DNA of 64,000 bases. It comes from Microcoleus sp. (GTDB lineage: Bacteria > Cyanobacteriota > Cyanobacteriia > Cyanobacteriales > Microcoleaceae). The translations under genes and the position numbers were made by a program. A model generated the notes under the pieces. The model made no database searches. It was not told where the DNA came from and was given only the letters and a program-made list of their open reading frames with translations. How positions within the stretch are numbered: position 1 is the stretch's first letter; each line of letters starts with the position of its first letter. Positions 10,678 through 21,354 of the stretch are shown here, one piece after another. The DNA lies in NCBI GenBank assembly GCA_052279835.1, contig CP181291.1:672001-736000 (forward strand), written 5' to 3'.

Positions 10678-11406
10678 ATGAAAATTGTACTCGAAAATAT
10701 TCACAAATCCTACGGCAAACGCAATATAGTCAGTCGCGTCAATCTTTCTGTAGCACAAGGAGAAATTGTCGGATTGCTCGGTCCCAACGGTGCTGGCAAA
10801 ACTACCACCTTTTACATCGCTACGGGATTAGAAAAACCCAATCAAGGCCGGGTTTGGCTCAACGATTTAGACATCACTCAATTGCCAATGCACAAACGAG
10901 CACATTTGGGAATAGGATATCTCGCCCAAGAAGCCAGCATCTTTCGCAACATGACCGTGCGGGATAACATTTTGTTAGTCCTAGAACAAACTCAAGTGCC
11001 ACGATGGGAATGGCGCGATCGCATAGATTTCCTGTTGCAAGAATTTCGCTTAGAAAAAATTGCATCCAGTTTAGGAATTCAAATTTCCGGCGGCGAAAGA
11101 CGGCGGACTGAGCTGGCGAGAGCTTTGGCTGCGGGGCGAGACGGACCGATATTCCTATTTTTAGACGAACCCTTTGCCGGAGTAGATCCGATCGCCGTCA
11201 ACGAAATTCAAAGTATTATTGCTAAATTGCGCGATCGGCAAATCGGCATCCTGATCACGGATCACAACGTGCGAGAAACCCTAGAAATTACCGATCGAGC
11301 CTACATCATGCGAGACGGCCAAATTTTAGCATCCGGCGCAGAAGAAGAACTCTACGGCAACCCTTTAGTACGACAATATTACTTAGGCGACAACTTCGTG
11401 CGATAA
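10678..11406 (+). CDS. lptB: LPS export ABC transporter ATP-binding protein
   Basis: GPNGAGKTT, ISGGERRR, LDEPFAGVDP, ITDHNVRETL, YYLG end. Confidence 0.95.
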   Translation: MKIVLENIHKSYGKRNIVSRVNLSVAQGEIVGLLGPNGAGKTTTFYIATGLEKPNQGRVWLNDLDITQLPMHKRAHLGIGYLAQEASIFRNMTVRDNILLVLEQTQVPRWEWRDRIDFLLQEFRLEKIASSLGIQISGGERRRTELARALAAGRDGPIFLFLDEPFAGVDPIAVNEIQSIIAKLRDRQIGILITDHNVRETLEITDRAYIMRDGQILASGAEEELYGNPLVRQYYLGDNFVR

Positions 11407-11487
11407 TCTCCTGAAGGAATGGAAGAGCGGGCAAAATTTAATAATTTTGATTTTGAATAAAAGAAGAATCTGCGATCGCGTGCAACT

Positions 11488-12654
11488 ATGAAAATAGCAA
11501 TGTCCAAATCTTTCAATCCCCTCAACTGGCTGCCGAGAATTTCGGTAATGGACTGGTACATTGTCAAAGAACTAATGGGTCCATTTCTATTTGGTGTCGG
11601 ACTCTTTACATCCGTAGCCATCACCGTCGGTGCCTTATTTGAATTAGTACGCAGAGTCGCAGAATCAGGCCTCCCCTACGGCGCAGCCCTGGAAATTTTC
11701 ATGCTACAAATTCCCTATTTCGTAGTATTAGCTTTCCCCATGTCAATGCTGTTAGCTACCTTAATGGCTTACAGCCGAATGTCGAGCGATAGCGAACTCG
11801 TAGCCCTACGCAGTTGTGGAGTTAGCGTCTACCGACTGGTAATCCCAGCAGTGATTTTAGGGTTAGTTGTCACAGCCCTTACCTTCCCCTTACAAGAATT
11901 AGTGGTACCGGCGGCCAACTACCGGGCTACATTGACTTTAGACAAAGCCCTGAAGCGAGAAACACCGCAATTTCAAAAAGGCAATATTATTTACACAGAA
12001 TTTCGGAAAGCTGACAAAAGCGCCAATGAAACCCTAGCCCGCTTTTTTTATGCAGAAGAATTTGACGGGAAACGCATGAAAGGTTTAACAATTATCGATC
12101 GCTCCACCCCCGGCCTCAATCAAATAGTTTCTTCAGAATCAGCAACCTGGAATCCCTCCGAAAACACCTGGGATTTTTTCAACGGCACCGCTTATATAGT
12201 AGCTCCTGATGGTTCTTACCGCAATATCGTTAGATTTGAACACCAACAATTGAAACTACCCCGCACACCCTTAGATTTAGCAGCTAGAGCGCGGGATTTT
12301 AAGGAAATGAATATTGCCCAAGCTTTAGAGCGATTGGAGTTAATTAAAAACAGTGGTGACGAACCACAAATTCGCAAACTTAGGGTGAGAATTCAAGAGA
12401 AATATGCTTTTCCCTTTGTGTCTATGGTATTTGCGATTGTCGGAGCCGCTTTGGGCACTCAACCGCGTCGCTCTGGTAAAGGCACGAGTTTTGGTATTAG
12501 CGTAGTGGTGATTTTCACTTACTATGTATTTTCTTTCATCACCAGTTCTATGGGTGTGAAAGCTGTCTTGAGTCCCATCCTATCAGCTTGGCTGCCGATC
12601 GCCTTTGGCTTTGGCATCGGCGGACTCTTGTTAGTACGAGCCGCCTCTAGGTAA
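11488..12654 (+). CDS. LptF/LptG family LPS export permease
   Basis: Three TM helices + periplasmic domain + three TM helices; SSDSELVALRSCGVS; follows lptB. Confidence 0.9.
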   Translation: MKIAMSKSFNPLNWLPRISVMDWYIVKELMGPFLFGVGLFTSVAITVGALFELVRRVAESGLPYGAALEIFMLQIPYFVVLAFPMSMLLATLMAYSRMSSDSELVALRSCGVSVYRLVIPAVILGLVVTALTFPLQELVVPAANYRATLTLDKALKRETPQFQKGNIIYTEFRKADKSANETLARFFYAEEFDGKRMKGLTIIDRSTPGLNQIVSSESATWNPSENTWDFFNGTAYIVAPDGSYRNIVRFEHQQLKLPRTPLDLAARARDFKEMNIAQALERLELIKNSGDEPQIRKLRVRIQEKYAFPFVSMVFAIVGAALGTQPRRSGKGTSFGISVVVIFTYYVFSFITSSMGVKAVLSPILSAWLPIAFGFGIGGLLLVRAASR

Positions 12655-12765
12655 GGACATCGGGGCATTTGAGATATGAGATTTGAAATTTTTTTGAATT
12701 AAAATCTGACTCCAGCTCTCCCCATCTTCCATAAGTCCTCGGCCCTAAAAAAGAAGGATTACCTA

Positions 12766-12880
12766 TTGACTTTCGTTGATTTGGCATGATATTATTAGAT
12801 AATGGGAGTGGTGACAAAAATAATTATTTTTGTCACCACTCCCATTATTAGATTGTACCTTATTAAACGGCAAGAGTCAA
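12766..12880. promoter_or_regulatory. 50-bp perfect palindrome flanked by two convergent sigma70-like promoters
   Basis: Palindrome 12799-12848. Plus strand: TTGACT (12766)-18 bp-TATTAT (12790) with extended TG. Minus strand: TTGACT (12880)-17 bp-TACAAT (12857). Confidence 0.55.
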
Positions 12881-12947
12881 GCGTTTAACCCTAAAAAAAA
12901 AGGCGATTTTTTTTATATTCAATCGAATAAAAAATCACATAAAAAAT

Positions 12948-14303
12948 CTATGGGTTAGAAAAAGTATTGATTTCGCCTCCACCAAGATAGCGTCCTGGAA
13001 TCTGTCGCTGTGGAGGAGAAGGCTGTGGTGGAATTGGTGGCAGGCCCTGATTTGTGTTTTGAGGAACAACTCCAAAATTAGACTGGGTTGGCGAGTTGGA
13101 CTGACTAGGCTGAGCTGATTTAAATTGAGAATTGGCTGAATTGGGAGATAATTGAGGGTTAAGGATTTTGGTTTCGACTATCGCACTAGGAACAGCAGAT
13201 TTTTCGACATTGGGAAGTAGCTGTATGGGGGAAGGTGTGGCGACGGGAATTACAGAAGGTTGAGTTTTAGGTATGAAATCGGAACCGGATAAATTAGTTT
13301 GGTAGGGATTTTTGGGTGCCGCCACATTTACAGGCTGTATGGTAATTTCGGGCATAACTGGTACTGTGGAATTTAATCGGCCCCAGGATTCAGGTAATGT
13401 GGTGGATGGGTTGGAAACTGGCTGAGAGTCGTTAATAATATTTGTGGAAGCCGGAACCGGGGTAAGTGCAGTGGGAAAATTCACAGGATTTGGTTTTGCT
13501 TGAGCTGTAGTGGTGGTTGGGAGCAAATTGTCGGGATTTGTAGGAGACAAAGTGCCGTTTAGTCGATCGGGCAATTTACTTTCCTTGGCAGTTTTTTCAG
13601 TAGAATTCGCCACTACTAAAGTGTCGGCAGCGATGTATTTTTTCATAGCTGCTTGTAAGGGACTTAAAGGAAGAGAATTTGGGTTTTTTTTGCCTGAACT
13701 AGCACTACCGTTCGCCTGGGATAAATTTGCTGTCTCCAAGGAGTCTCCCAGGCCAAGGTTGGAAGTCGCGGCAGTCTGCCCGCCGTCGAGAGAAGGACTC
13801 AAAGCTGATGTGGCGTTTGCAGTGGCCAAGCTTGAGTTTGTCTGGTTATTTTGGGTGGCGGAAGCCAAAGGATTTGCGATATTGGGGAGGGATAAAGATG
13901 TGTTGATTGCTGGCTGCTTGGAAACTAGAGAGGGCGGAAATTTTTCGGCTCGCCTAGCGCTAATTTCATCGAATAAACCTTGGGTTTTGACTATGGGTGA
14001 ATTAAAAAAACCGAGTTCTGGATTAGAGCGATTGAATTGATTGACTAGCAGGGGTACGCTATCGATTTCAGCAGCAATTGCACTATCTTCAGCAGATAGC
14101 CCCGCGATGGGAGTGGGATTATTGGAAGTTGCTACATCTTCGCCATCTATGCTCAAGCGTTCTGGATTTACCGATACCTCCCAGATAAACAAACTCCCGG
14201 CACAGAGAACTGCTAGCGGTGCCCAAACCATAGGCTGCATCCAGTGGCGTAACCGCGCTATGAGATAGCGGACAGATGTAGGGAATCGTTTAAAACTTGA
14301 CAT
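12948..14303 (-). CDS. Hypothetical membrane-anchored Ser/Pro/Asn-rich protein
   Basis: 451-aa ORF with an N-terminal TM helix, long low-complexity body and conserved-looking GRYLGGGEINTFSNP end. Confidence 0.75.
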   Translation of the reverse strand: MSSFKRFPTSVRYLIARLRHWMQPMVWAPLAVLCAGSLFIWEVSVNPERLSIDGEDVATSNNPTPIAGLSAEDSAIAAEIDSVPLLVNQFNRSNPELGFFNSPIVKTQGLFDEISARRAEKFPPSLVSKQPAINTSLSLPNIANPLASATQNNQTNSSLATANATSALSPSLDGGQTAATSNLGLGDSLETANLSQANGSASSGKKNPNSLPLSPLQAAMKKYIAADTLVVANSTEKTAKESKLPDRLNGTLSPTNPDNLLPTTTTAQAKPNPVNFPTALTPVPASTNIINDSQPVSNPSTTLPESWGRLNSTVPVMPEITIQPVNVAAPKNPYQTNLSGSDFIPKTQPSVIPVATPSPIQLLPNVEKSAVPSAIVETKILNPQLSPNSANSQFKSAQPSQSNSPTQSNFGVVPQNTNQGLPPIPPQPSPPQRQIPGRYLGGGEINTFSNP

Positions 14304-14659
14304 AGTTTTGCTTTGGTATTTAGCACAGACTTAAAACAAGTTTTGGTAATTATATTATATCCTGTTTATGCTGTTGGCTGTCAAAGACTGCGAGGATTCC
14401 CGTAGGGAATAGCTTCGCACGGGCGCACTTTTGAGGAAAAATAGCTTCAAATATCTACAAAATATGAATTTATCTAAAGCAGGTTGAGAAAATAATTGAT
14501 TGCCCATTAAAATCAACGGCTCATGAGGATGATAAAATTCGAGTTAGCACGGTGTCAATCCTGCTGGAGGGGGTTTGGCGATCGACTGACAAGGAAAAAA
14601 AGTTACAGCCGGCGTTGGCAATTACCGACGACGATCTAAGACAATTTGAAATTAAAAAG

Positions 14660-15388
14660 ATGACAAAAGTAGTAGAAGTATTAGCCAATCGGGAAGAATT
14701 AATAGCTCGATCGCTCTCGGTTGTGTGCTCCCAAATCCAAGCAGCCATAGCAGAACGAGGAATATGTACGATCGCCGCAGCAGGCGGAAGCACACCAGAA
14801 CCACTTTACAAATTGCTGAGCGCTCAAGACTTGCCGTGGGATAAAATTCACGTTTTCTGGGGGGATGAACGCTACGTACCTTCAGACCACCAGGATAGCA
14901 ATCAAAAAATGGCACGTCTGGCATGGCTGGACAAAGTAAACATCCCCCCCAGTAACATTCACCCGATGCCGACAGGTAGTGGGGACCCGGCCGCGGATGC
15001 CTTGGCCTACCAAACTGAATTGCAACAGTTCTTCCAGGTATCCGAGGGGGAGTTTCCGGCGATCGATATAATTTTATTAGGGATCGGAGACGACGCCCAC
15101 ACAGCCTCTCTATTTCCCCACACAGCGGCTTTACAAGTGCGCGATGCCCTAGTGACGGTGGGTAACAAGGACGGTCAACCCCGCATCACGTTTACAGTTC
15201 CCTTAATTAACCATGCTCGTTGTGTCATCTTCATTGTGGCAGGAGGCAGCAAAAAACCAGCCCTCGCTCAAATTTTTGCCCCCGTAGCCGATGACTTGAC
15301 TTATCCATCCAGACTGATTCAACCGAGTGGCGAACTCTTGTGGTTGCTAGATGCGGCAGCGGGGGAAGAGTTACAATCCCTCGGTTAG
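14660..15388 (+). CDS. pgl: 6-phosphogluconolactonase
   Basis: GGSTP, FWGDERYVP, LLGIGDDAHTASLFP, RITFT. ATG at 14660 preferred. Confidence 0.95.
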   Translation: MTKVVEVLANREELIARSLSVVCSQIQAAIAERGICTIAAAGGSTPEPLYKLLSAQDLPWDKIHVFWGDERYVPSDHQDSNQKMARLAWLDKVNIPPSNIHPMPTGSGDPAADALAYQTELQQFFQVSEGEFPAIDIILLGIGDDAHTASLFPHTAALQVRDALVTVGNKDGQPRITFTVPLINHARCVIFIVAGGSKKPALAQIFAPVADDLTYPSRLIQPSGELLWLLDAAAGEELQSLG

Positions 15389-15684
15389 GTGTGGGGTGAT
15401 AGGTGTGGGAGTGTGCAAATATAGTATTATAAAACTTCATTAAGATTATAATCATCGATCGACGCTGGTGCTATTGAGGGTAACAGAAAGCCACAGCCAT
15501 CAAGCCGTGGATTACTTGATTAACTTCAAAAAGCCCGTCATCCCTCCCAGAACCGCCCAAGGCCAGTTGCTAGCATTGGCAAAGCAATAGGAGAATGGTG
15601 GCGGTTAAAGTTAAAATTTGACCGTACACTAAACTATTTTTATGAGGCTGATTTGAAAATCTGGCCGATAGCAAGGAGAAATCG

Positions 15685-16476
15685 ATGATTGTCTGTCCCA
15701 ATTGCAATCACCAAAACCCCGACGGAGCTAACCAGTGTGAGGCTTGCTACACGCCTTTACCCGTTACCGCCAGTTGCTCGAACTGCGGTGCTGCGGTTCA
15801 GACAGATGCAGCTTTTTGTGGTCAGTGTGGCTTTAATTTACGTCCAGGTTCCTCTGTTCCAGAAAGAGAGGCAACTGTAGTGCCATCCTCTGTGGGCCCG
15901 ACAGTGGTATCGCCATTGATGCCAGATTTAGTGTCGCCGGAACCCCTGATAGTACCGGAAACTGTCGTGACGGCAAATCCAGGACCTAACTTGGAAAAAA
16001 CTCCCCTTAGCATTCCGCCTGCTGTTCCCGACGCGCCACCATTACCCTCGGTTGCTGTTACCACTGAACCTGTGGCAATCTCCGTTAATACTACTCCTCC
16101 GGTTGCTGGCCAACCGACACCTGGTGTAGCTAAAACTCAACTGCAACAGCAGTCAGCAAGGCTGATACACGTCCAGACCAATACGCTGATGGAATTGCCT
16201 CACAATCTTTCTGTGATTCATATAGGCAAGCCCAATGACTTGGTACCCCCGGATATTGATGTTGCCGGATTTGCTAATTCTGAGATCGTCTCCAGGGTAC
16301 ACGCTAACCTCCGGGTTGAGGGAGATGCTTGCTACCTAGAGGATGTGGGTAGTTCCAACGGTACTTATGTCAACAATACTCCCCTGCCCAAGGGAAATCG
16401 ACACCGGTTGCGACCGGGAGATCGCATCTCTTTGGGTAAAGGAGACCTGGTTACGTTTCTATTTCAAGTTTCTTAG
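15685..16476 (+). CDS. Double zinc-ribbon plus FHA domain protein
   Basis: Four CxxC motifs, Pro-rich linker, FHA motifs (IGK…VSRVHA…DVGSSNGTYVN). Confidence 0.9.
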   Translation: MIVCPNCNHQNPDGANQCEACYTPLPVTASCSNCGAAVQTDAAFCGQCGFNLRPGSSVPEREATVVPSSVGPTVVSPLMPDLVSPEPLIVPETVVTANPGPNLEKTPLSIPPAVPDAPPLPSVAVTTEPVAISVNTTPPVAGQPTPGVAKTQLQQQSARLIHVQTNTLMELPHNLSVIHIGKPNDLVPPDIDVAGFANSEIVSRVHANLRVEGDACYLEDVGSSNGTYVNNTPLPKGNRHRLRPGDRISLGKGDLVTFLFQVS

Positions 16477-16558
16477 ATCGAGTTTGGATTGGGCGAAAGA
16501 AAGTCTAAAATCTAAAATCGCATCAAGAATCGCTCTACCAAAACTCACTGCTGCCAAT

Positions 16559-17043
16559 GTGATTAAGCTGACCTTGCTACATCCACTCCAGTCTATACCA
16601 GTCCGCAGTTGGACCTTTGAAGACGAAGAGGTCGTCTGCATTGGGCGATCGACAGAAAGCCACGTAGTTCTTTTCAGTGCGGTGGTTTCTCGTCGCCACA
16701 TAGAATTGCGGCGATCAGGGAAAAACTGGAATTGATTAATTTAGGCACCAATGGCACTTACCTCGATGGTCAACCGATCGCGAGCATTCCCATTGTGGAC
16801 GGTCTGATCGTTCACTTGGCTCGATCGGGGCCGAAAATTCAAATCAACTTTGTCCCCAATCCGCCCTCCGTCCAGGTCGAAAAAATTAGCGTCAGTCCGA
16901 GGGATACTAAAGCAATTTATGCTCCTTTAGAAGTGGCGCAAGTCGTCACGATTCCGATTCCCGAAGAAACAGAAATTGGCATTTCTAAGGAAGAGGATGA
17001 TTTAACGGAGGCGGAGAATAATCGCGATTATGCTGCTGAATAA
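16559..17043 (+). pseudogene. FHA-domain protein split by a 1-nt deletion (possible sequencing error)
   Basis: Paralog of 17274-17711. 'tggaattgattaat' near 16727 lacks one G relative to W-E-L-I-N; both halves (IGRS…VSRRH / INLGTNGTYLDG) are intact. Confidence 0.8.
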
Positions 17044-17273
17044 TCCTATGAAGTCAGTGTATGATGGTCGATATTTCCAGAAATTATGGTGGAACAGGCC
17101 AAACAGCCTGTTCAAAGCTGGCTTTTCTGGAGATGGGAGATGTCTAATAGATCGCGTCAATGTACCACTAAACTGGGTGGCGCTGAGGTTTCCTGTTTAT
17201 GCTCCGCGTCGCTCTGTACTAGCCCAGGTCAAGTACAAGGCTTTGGATTTATGCCTAAATTTCTGTAAGATCA

Positions 17274-17711
17274 GTGATTACCTTAACCCTACTTCATCCT
17301 ATCCAATCAGTCCCAGTTCAAAGTTGGTCTTTTGACTCCGAATCAGTGGTTCGGATCGGTCGATCGAACGACAATGATGTAATTATTTACAGCGCTGTTG
17401 TGTCTCGCCACCACGTCGAGTTGTGGAACCATCCCTTTGGCTGGGAAATTATTAATTTTGGCGCTAATGGCACTTACATCAATGACCAATCCATCGCTCA
17501 AGCCTTGGTGGTGGACGGGATGACCATTCGTTTGGGCAATTCTGGACCTTCTATCCGCATTCGGGTAGGTGCGACGAATCTGCCACCACAGCCATCGCGC
17601 CCTGACCAAAAAGACCAAACTTCTCCACAGAAGCAAACAGATTCTCCTTTCCGTCACGGAATCATTGAGGACGATGAAGATGGTGCCTTGACTCAAATCG
17701 ATCTTGATTAG
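17274..17711 (+). CDS. FHA-domain protein
   Basis: IGRS, VVSRHH, GANGTYIN; GTG start. Confidence 0.9.
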   Translation: MITLTLLHPIQSVPVQSWSFDSESVVRIGRSNDNDVIIYSAVVSRHHVELWNHPFGWEIINFGANGTYINDQSIAQALVVDGMTIRLGNSGPSIRIRVGATNLPPQPSRPDQKDQTSPQKQTDSPFRHGIIEDDEDGALTQIDLD

Positions 17712-17773
17712 ACATCTGCAAAAAACAGGCTGGTGTGGAACAGGCTGTTTTGCCTGTTCCAGAAGAATAAGGT

Positions 17774-18352
17774 TTATCCTTCTAAAGATAAGATTGTGGG
17801 GCTATCGGTTAACAGGACTTCAGTTGCGTTACCAGCCCATCGGCGATAATCCAAAAGTAACTGGTACATCAATCGTTGTTTGACACTAAGCAGTACGCTC
17901 TTGAGCAAACCGTTACCCGTTGCTTCTAGAATTGGTTTGGGAGTAAGCCACAAAGGTGGTGGCAGCTCTACTCGTACTTCCAAATCCGCTTTTCCCTTCA
18001 GATATGTCCCCCCGCCACTTTGATGCGGTGACAACTGTCCTTTGAGATTGAGAGCAAAGCGATCGTTGATATAATCGACACCTAGAATCTCAGAGGCGAC
18101 AGACTCCAAATTGATTGTGCCGTCGGAGAGCGCCCACACCCTCATGTCTACCGTGGGTTGAATGCTCAGCATCATAAATTGTAACGGCCGCATTTTGAGC
18201 CGAAAACATTCATCACTTAGCTGCTCAGTGCGACTGCGATCGACTAGAGCATTTACAAGTCGCTTGGGCTGACGCAGATAATGTTGAATGGGAACCCGTT
18301 CCTCTGGTACGGCGATCTCAACTGATTGGCAAGCATTAAACCGGATATACAT
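17774..18352 (-). CDS. DUF1997-like (SRPBCC-fold) protein
   Basis: HYLRQPKRLV…FRLKMRP…LEATGNGLL…QRLMYQLLLDY, typical of this cyanobacterial family. Confidence 0.75.
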   Translation of the reverse strand: MYIRFNACQSVEIAVPEERVPIQHYLRQPKRLVNALVDRSRTEQLSDECFRLKMRPLQFMMLSIQPTVDMRVWALSDGTINLESVASEILGVDYINDRFALNLKGQLSPHQSGGGTYLKGKADLEVRVELPPPLWLTPKPILEATGNGLLKSVLLSVKQRLMYQLLLDYRRWAGNATEVLLTDSPTILSLEG

Positions 18353-18571
18353 GAGACGATATCAAATTAGAGGAGTCGTAACCATATCTTAATAAACTAT
18401 AACCCTTTTCCAGTGACATAAGTCACGCAACGAGTAATGTCATCCGAGAAATAACGGAGAAAAGTTTCCCAGATACTGCGCTAATTTTCGGATTTTACTT
18501 GCTGCTATCTGGGAGAAACACAGATTTGTCCCTGTCTGCTATGTAGCCACAATTAGGTAAAATTCCCTACT

Positions 18572-19492
18572 ATGAAAATTTCGATCGCACATCTGGGCCC
18601 AGTCGGAACCAATGCAGAAACAGCCGCTCTGGCTTATGTTCAGTGGTTGAGCCAAGAAACTAACTGGGAATGCACCCTGTATCCTTATGCAACCATATCC
18701 CAGGCTCTAGAGGCATCGGCCACAGGGCTGGTTGATTTATCAGTTGTGCCCGTGGAAAATTCGATCGAAGGAAGTGTTACTGTCACCTTAGACACGTTGT
18801 GGCGACTCGATCGACTCCGCATTCAACACGCCTTAGTTTTGCCAATTTCCCACGCCCTAATTTCAAAAGCTGAAAGCTTTAATCAGATTCAAAAAGTTTA
18901 TTCTCACCCCCAAGCCCTAGCCCAGTGTCAGTCGTGGTTGGGGAAGTTTATCCCATCGGCTCAGTTAATTCCGGCGAATTCAACCACGGAATCCTTGGAT
19001 TACCTGGAGGATACAAGTGTGGCGGTGATTTCTGCACCCAGAGCGGCTCAAATTTATAATTTGCCAGTGTTAGCTCATCCGATTAATGATTATCCCGACA
19101 ATTACACTCGATTTTGGATACTCGGTAAGGGAGTTGAAGAACTGGACAATGTAGAAATAGGCAAGAGTCAACCATCAACTAAATCCATCACCAAATCCGC
19201 TGCTAAGTTGATCCTGGATGGTTCACCGTCTAATTGCACCCATACGTCCCTAGCTTTTAGCGTGCCTGCCAATATGCCGGGAGCGCTGGTAAAGCCATTA
19301 CAAGTATTTGCCAGTCGGGGGATTAATCTGAGTCGGATTGAATCTAGGCCGACTAAGCGATCGCTCGGAGAATATATTTTCTTTATGGATGTTGAAGCTA
19401 ATGCCTGTCACGCAGTGGTGCGATCGGCATTAGAAGAGCTAAAGACCTACACTGAAACTTTAAAAATATTTGGGTGTTACAGTGTACTGTAG
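18572..19492 (+). CDS. pheA: Prephenate dehydratase
   Basis: LGPxGT, VPVENSIEG, YSHPQALAQC, NYTRF, INLSRIESRP ACT domain. Confidence 0.95.
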   Translation: MKISIAHLGPVGTNAETAALAYVQWLSQETNWECTLYPYATISQALEASATGLVDLSVVPVENSIEGSVTVTLDTLWRLDRLRIQHALVLPISHALISKAESFNQIQKVYSHPQALAQCQSWLGKFIPSAQLIPANSTTESLDYLEDTSVAVISAPRAAQIYNLPVLAHPINDYPDNYTRFWILGKGVEELDNVEIGKSQPSTKSITKSAAKLILDGSPSNCTHTSLAFSVPANMPGALVKPLQVFASRGINLSRIESRPTKRSLGEYIFFMDVEANACHAVVRSALEELKTYTETLKIFGCYSVL

Positions 19493-19545
19493 TATACTGT
19501 AAGTAGTACAATTTTTTCAAGTATTAAAGTTAAGAGGCTAGCAAA

Positions 19546-20187
19546 ATGAATGCCGATGAACTTCTGAAGCGATATGCTGCCGGGGAAAGAAATTTTCATG
19601 AAACAAACTTAAAAGAAGCTGCTTTGGCCGAAGCTTTCCTAAGTCATATTAATTTGGCGTGTTCTAATTTGAAAGAGATTAATTTATCTTTAGCAGACTT
19701 AAGTTGGGCCAACTTAATAGGAGCCAACCTCAAGAACGCTTGCCTACTGATGACTCAATTAAGTTGGGCCAACCTCAGCGGAGCAGATCTAACATTTGCA
19801 AGATTAACAGGGGCTGATTTGGTGGAGGCAAAGCTGCAAAAAGCCAACTTGAGCGACACTAAAATGATCGGTGTCAACTTGACTGGTGCATCCTTGCAAG
19901 GTGCAAATCTCATGGAAGCAAACTTAATAGATTCTTGCTTAGAGCTAGCTGATTTGAGTTCAGCGAATTTAACTGAGGTGAAGTTAAGGGGAGCAAATTT
20001 GCAAAAGGCTAACTTGAGAGGAGCTCTGTTATATGAAGCGAATCTTCATCGTGCCGATTTGAGAGAAGCTGACTTGGAGGGCGCTAATCTTAGTGGGGCT
20101 TTTTTGTGCGGTGCAAATTTGGAAGGAGCCAACTTAAAGGGGGCAATTTTCAGCGGTGCTATACAGTTTTGTGTGCGACAAGTTTAA
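19546..20187 (+). CDS. Pentapeptide-repeat protein
   Basis: ELLKRYAAGERNF N-terminus followed by A(N/D)Lxx repeats. Confidence 0.9.
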   Translation: MNADELLKRYAAGERNFHETNLKEAALAEAFLSHINLACSNLKEINLSLADLSWANLIGANLKNACLLMTQLSWANLSGADLTFARLTGADLVEAKLQKANLSDTKMIGVNLTGASLQGANLMEANLIDSCLELADLSSANLTEVKLRGANLQKANLRGALLYEANLHRADLREADLEGANLSGAFLCGANLEGANLKGAIFSGAIQFCVRQV

Positions 20188-20351
20188 TAGGGCCCAAGGA
20201 AGATGGAAGAAGGTGTTTCGACCCTGACACTCAGCGGTTGGGCCAGGGTAGTCGAAGGGTCGAAGGGCGAGGGTGGCTTCAGGAAGAATGAAGAAATCCT
20301 TTCAGATACTAATTTTCGATTAGCTAGGCCCTAGCACCTACAATAATGGGA

Positions 20352-20993
20352 CTACTTGAGTGTATCTTTCAGTACAGTCCTAGCAGCTAAGTGATTGCGA
20401 GTAGAAGTTAAAATTTCGGTTTCGCGTTCCAATCTAGCAGCAGTATCTTGCAATTCTAAAAGAGTTTGCTGTTCCGTGGCTGCGCCGTAAAGGTAGCTAG
20501 CTACCCAATAGGACAACTCTGTGGGCAAGCTGGGAATGTCTTCTGGTAGGTCGATCGGCTGATCCATCAATTTGCTAGAAAGTCGAACTACATCGCGAAG
20601 CAGTTGTTCGACATCTTGACTTAAGGATCTGAGGTCTTTTTGCGGCGGTTCGTCTTCGATCCATTCTACTAGACCGACTAAGTAGGGCTTTTCCCGAACG
20701 GCGTCGAGGACTCGGAAGCGCTGTTGTCCGAGAGTCATAATTTTCATGCGATCGTCGGGGAGTCGCTGACAGTGAATGACTTCGGCGCAGCAGCCGACAG
20801 CGGAGACTTTATTTTGGTTGGGGTCCCACATAAGTACACCGAAACGGCGATCGCTCTCCAGAATCGTATTCATCATGATTCGATAGCGAAACTCGAAGAT
20901 TTGCAGCGGGAGCGGCCTACCGGGAAATAGAACCACTTCCGGCAACGGAAATAGGGGGAGTTCGCGAACTGCTACAGAGGAAGAGGATGCCAT
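20352..20993 (-). CDS. Lon protease N-terminal substrate-binding domain protein
   Basis: LPLFPLPEVVLFPGRPLPLQIFEFRYRIM, GQQRFRV. Confidence 0.9.
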   Translation of the reverse strand: MASSSSVAVRELPLFPLPEVVLFPGRPLPLQIFEFRYRIMMNTILESDRRFGVLMWDPNQNKVSAVGCCAEVIHCQRLPDDRMKIMTLGQQRFRVLDAVREKPYLVGLVEWIEDEPPQKDLRSLSQDVEQLLRDVVRLSSKLMDQPIDLPEDIPSLPTELSYWVASYLYGAATEQQTLLELQDTAARLERETEILTSTRNHLAARTVLKDTLK

Positions 20994-21129
20994 TGTCGCT
21001 CGAATGTGAGGTTACTTGCGGTTCTTTTTCTTACTTTAACTGATTTGAGGCAATTCCGGGGTAGGACCGGGGGCGATCGCCGGAAAATGCGCGGAGGGCG
21101 ATCGGGGCTGGAAGCTGAGGGCGGGGGTC

Positions 21130-21197
21130 AGAAACCGGGTTTTTGAGGAAAATTCTGGTTTGTTACCGACAAATTAGGTAAAAAACCGGGTTTCTTT
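21130..21197. repeat. 'gaaaccgggtttc'-type paired dispersed repeat
   Basis: Paired AAACC(C/G)GGTTT units; similar copies at about 46423-46489, 55318-55385 and 57283-57317. Confidence 0.75.
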
Positions 21198-21354
21198 GGG
21201 CTGATGTGTAAGTCTTGCAAAACTTATTTAGGGCTTGCTGAATATATCGATCGCACTTGACGTAGCGAAAGGTTATGCCATGGTGCGATCTGGTGGTGCC
21301 GGGTTTTTTGTGTGTTTTAATGCAGTTGGTTAAAAGTCTCAAGTAAATTTGAGA

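Noticed and set aside
13510..14268. Plus-strand ORFs of 176 and 75 aa
   Set aside because: Antisense shadows of the 451-aa gene.
15486..15512. gaaagccacagccatcaagccgtgga as an IS605 end
   Set aside because: Too short and imperfect, with no accompanying element sequence.
17086..17268. ORF MVEQAKQPVQSW… as a fourth, degenerate FHA copy
   Set aside because: The similarity comes from the gtggaacaggc…gcctgttc hairpin repeat; no FHA core motifs follow.
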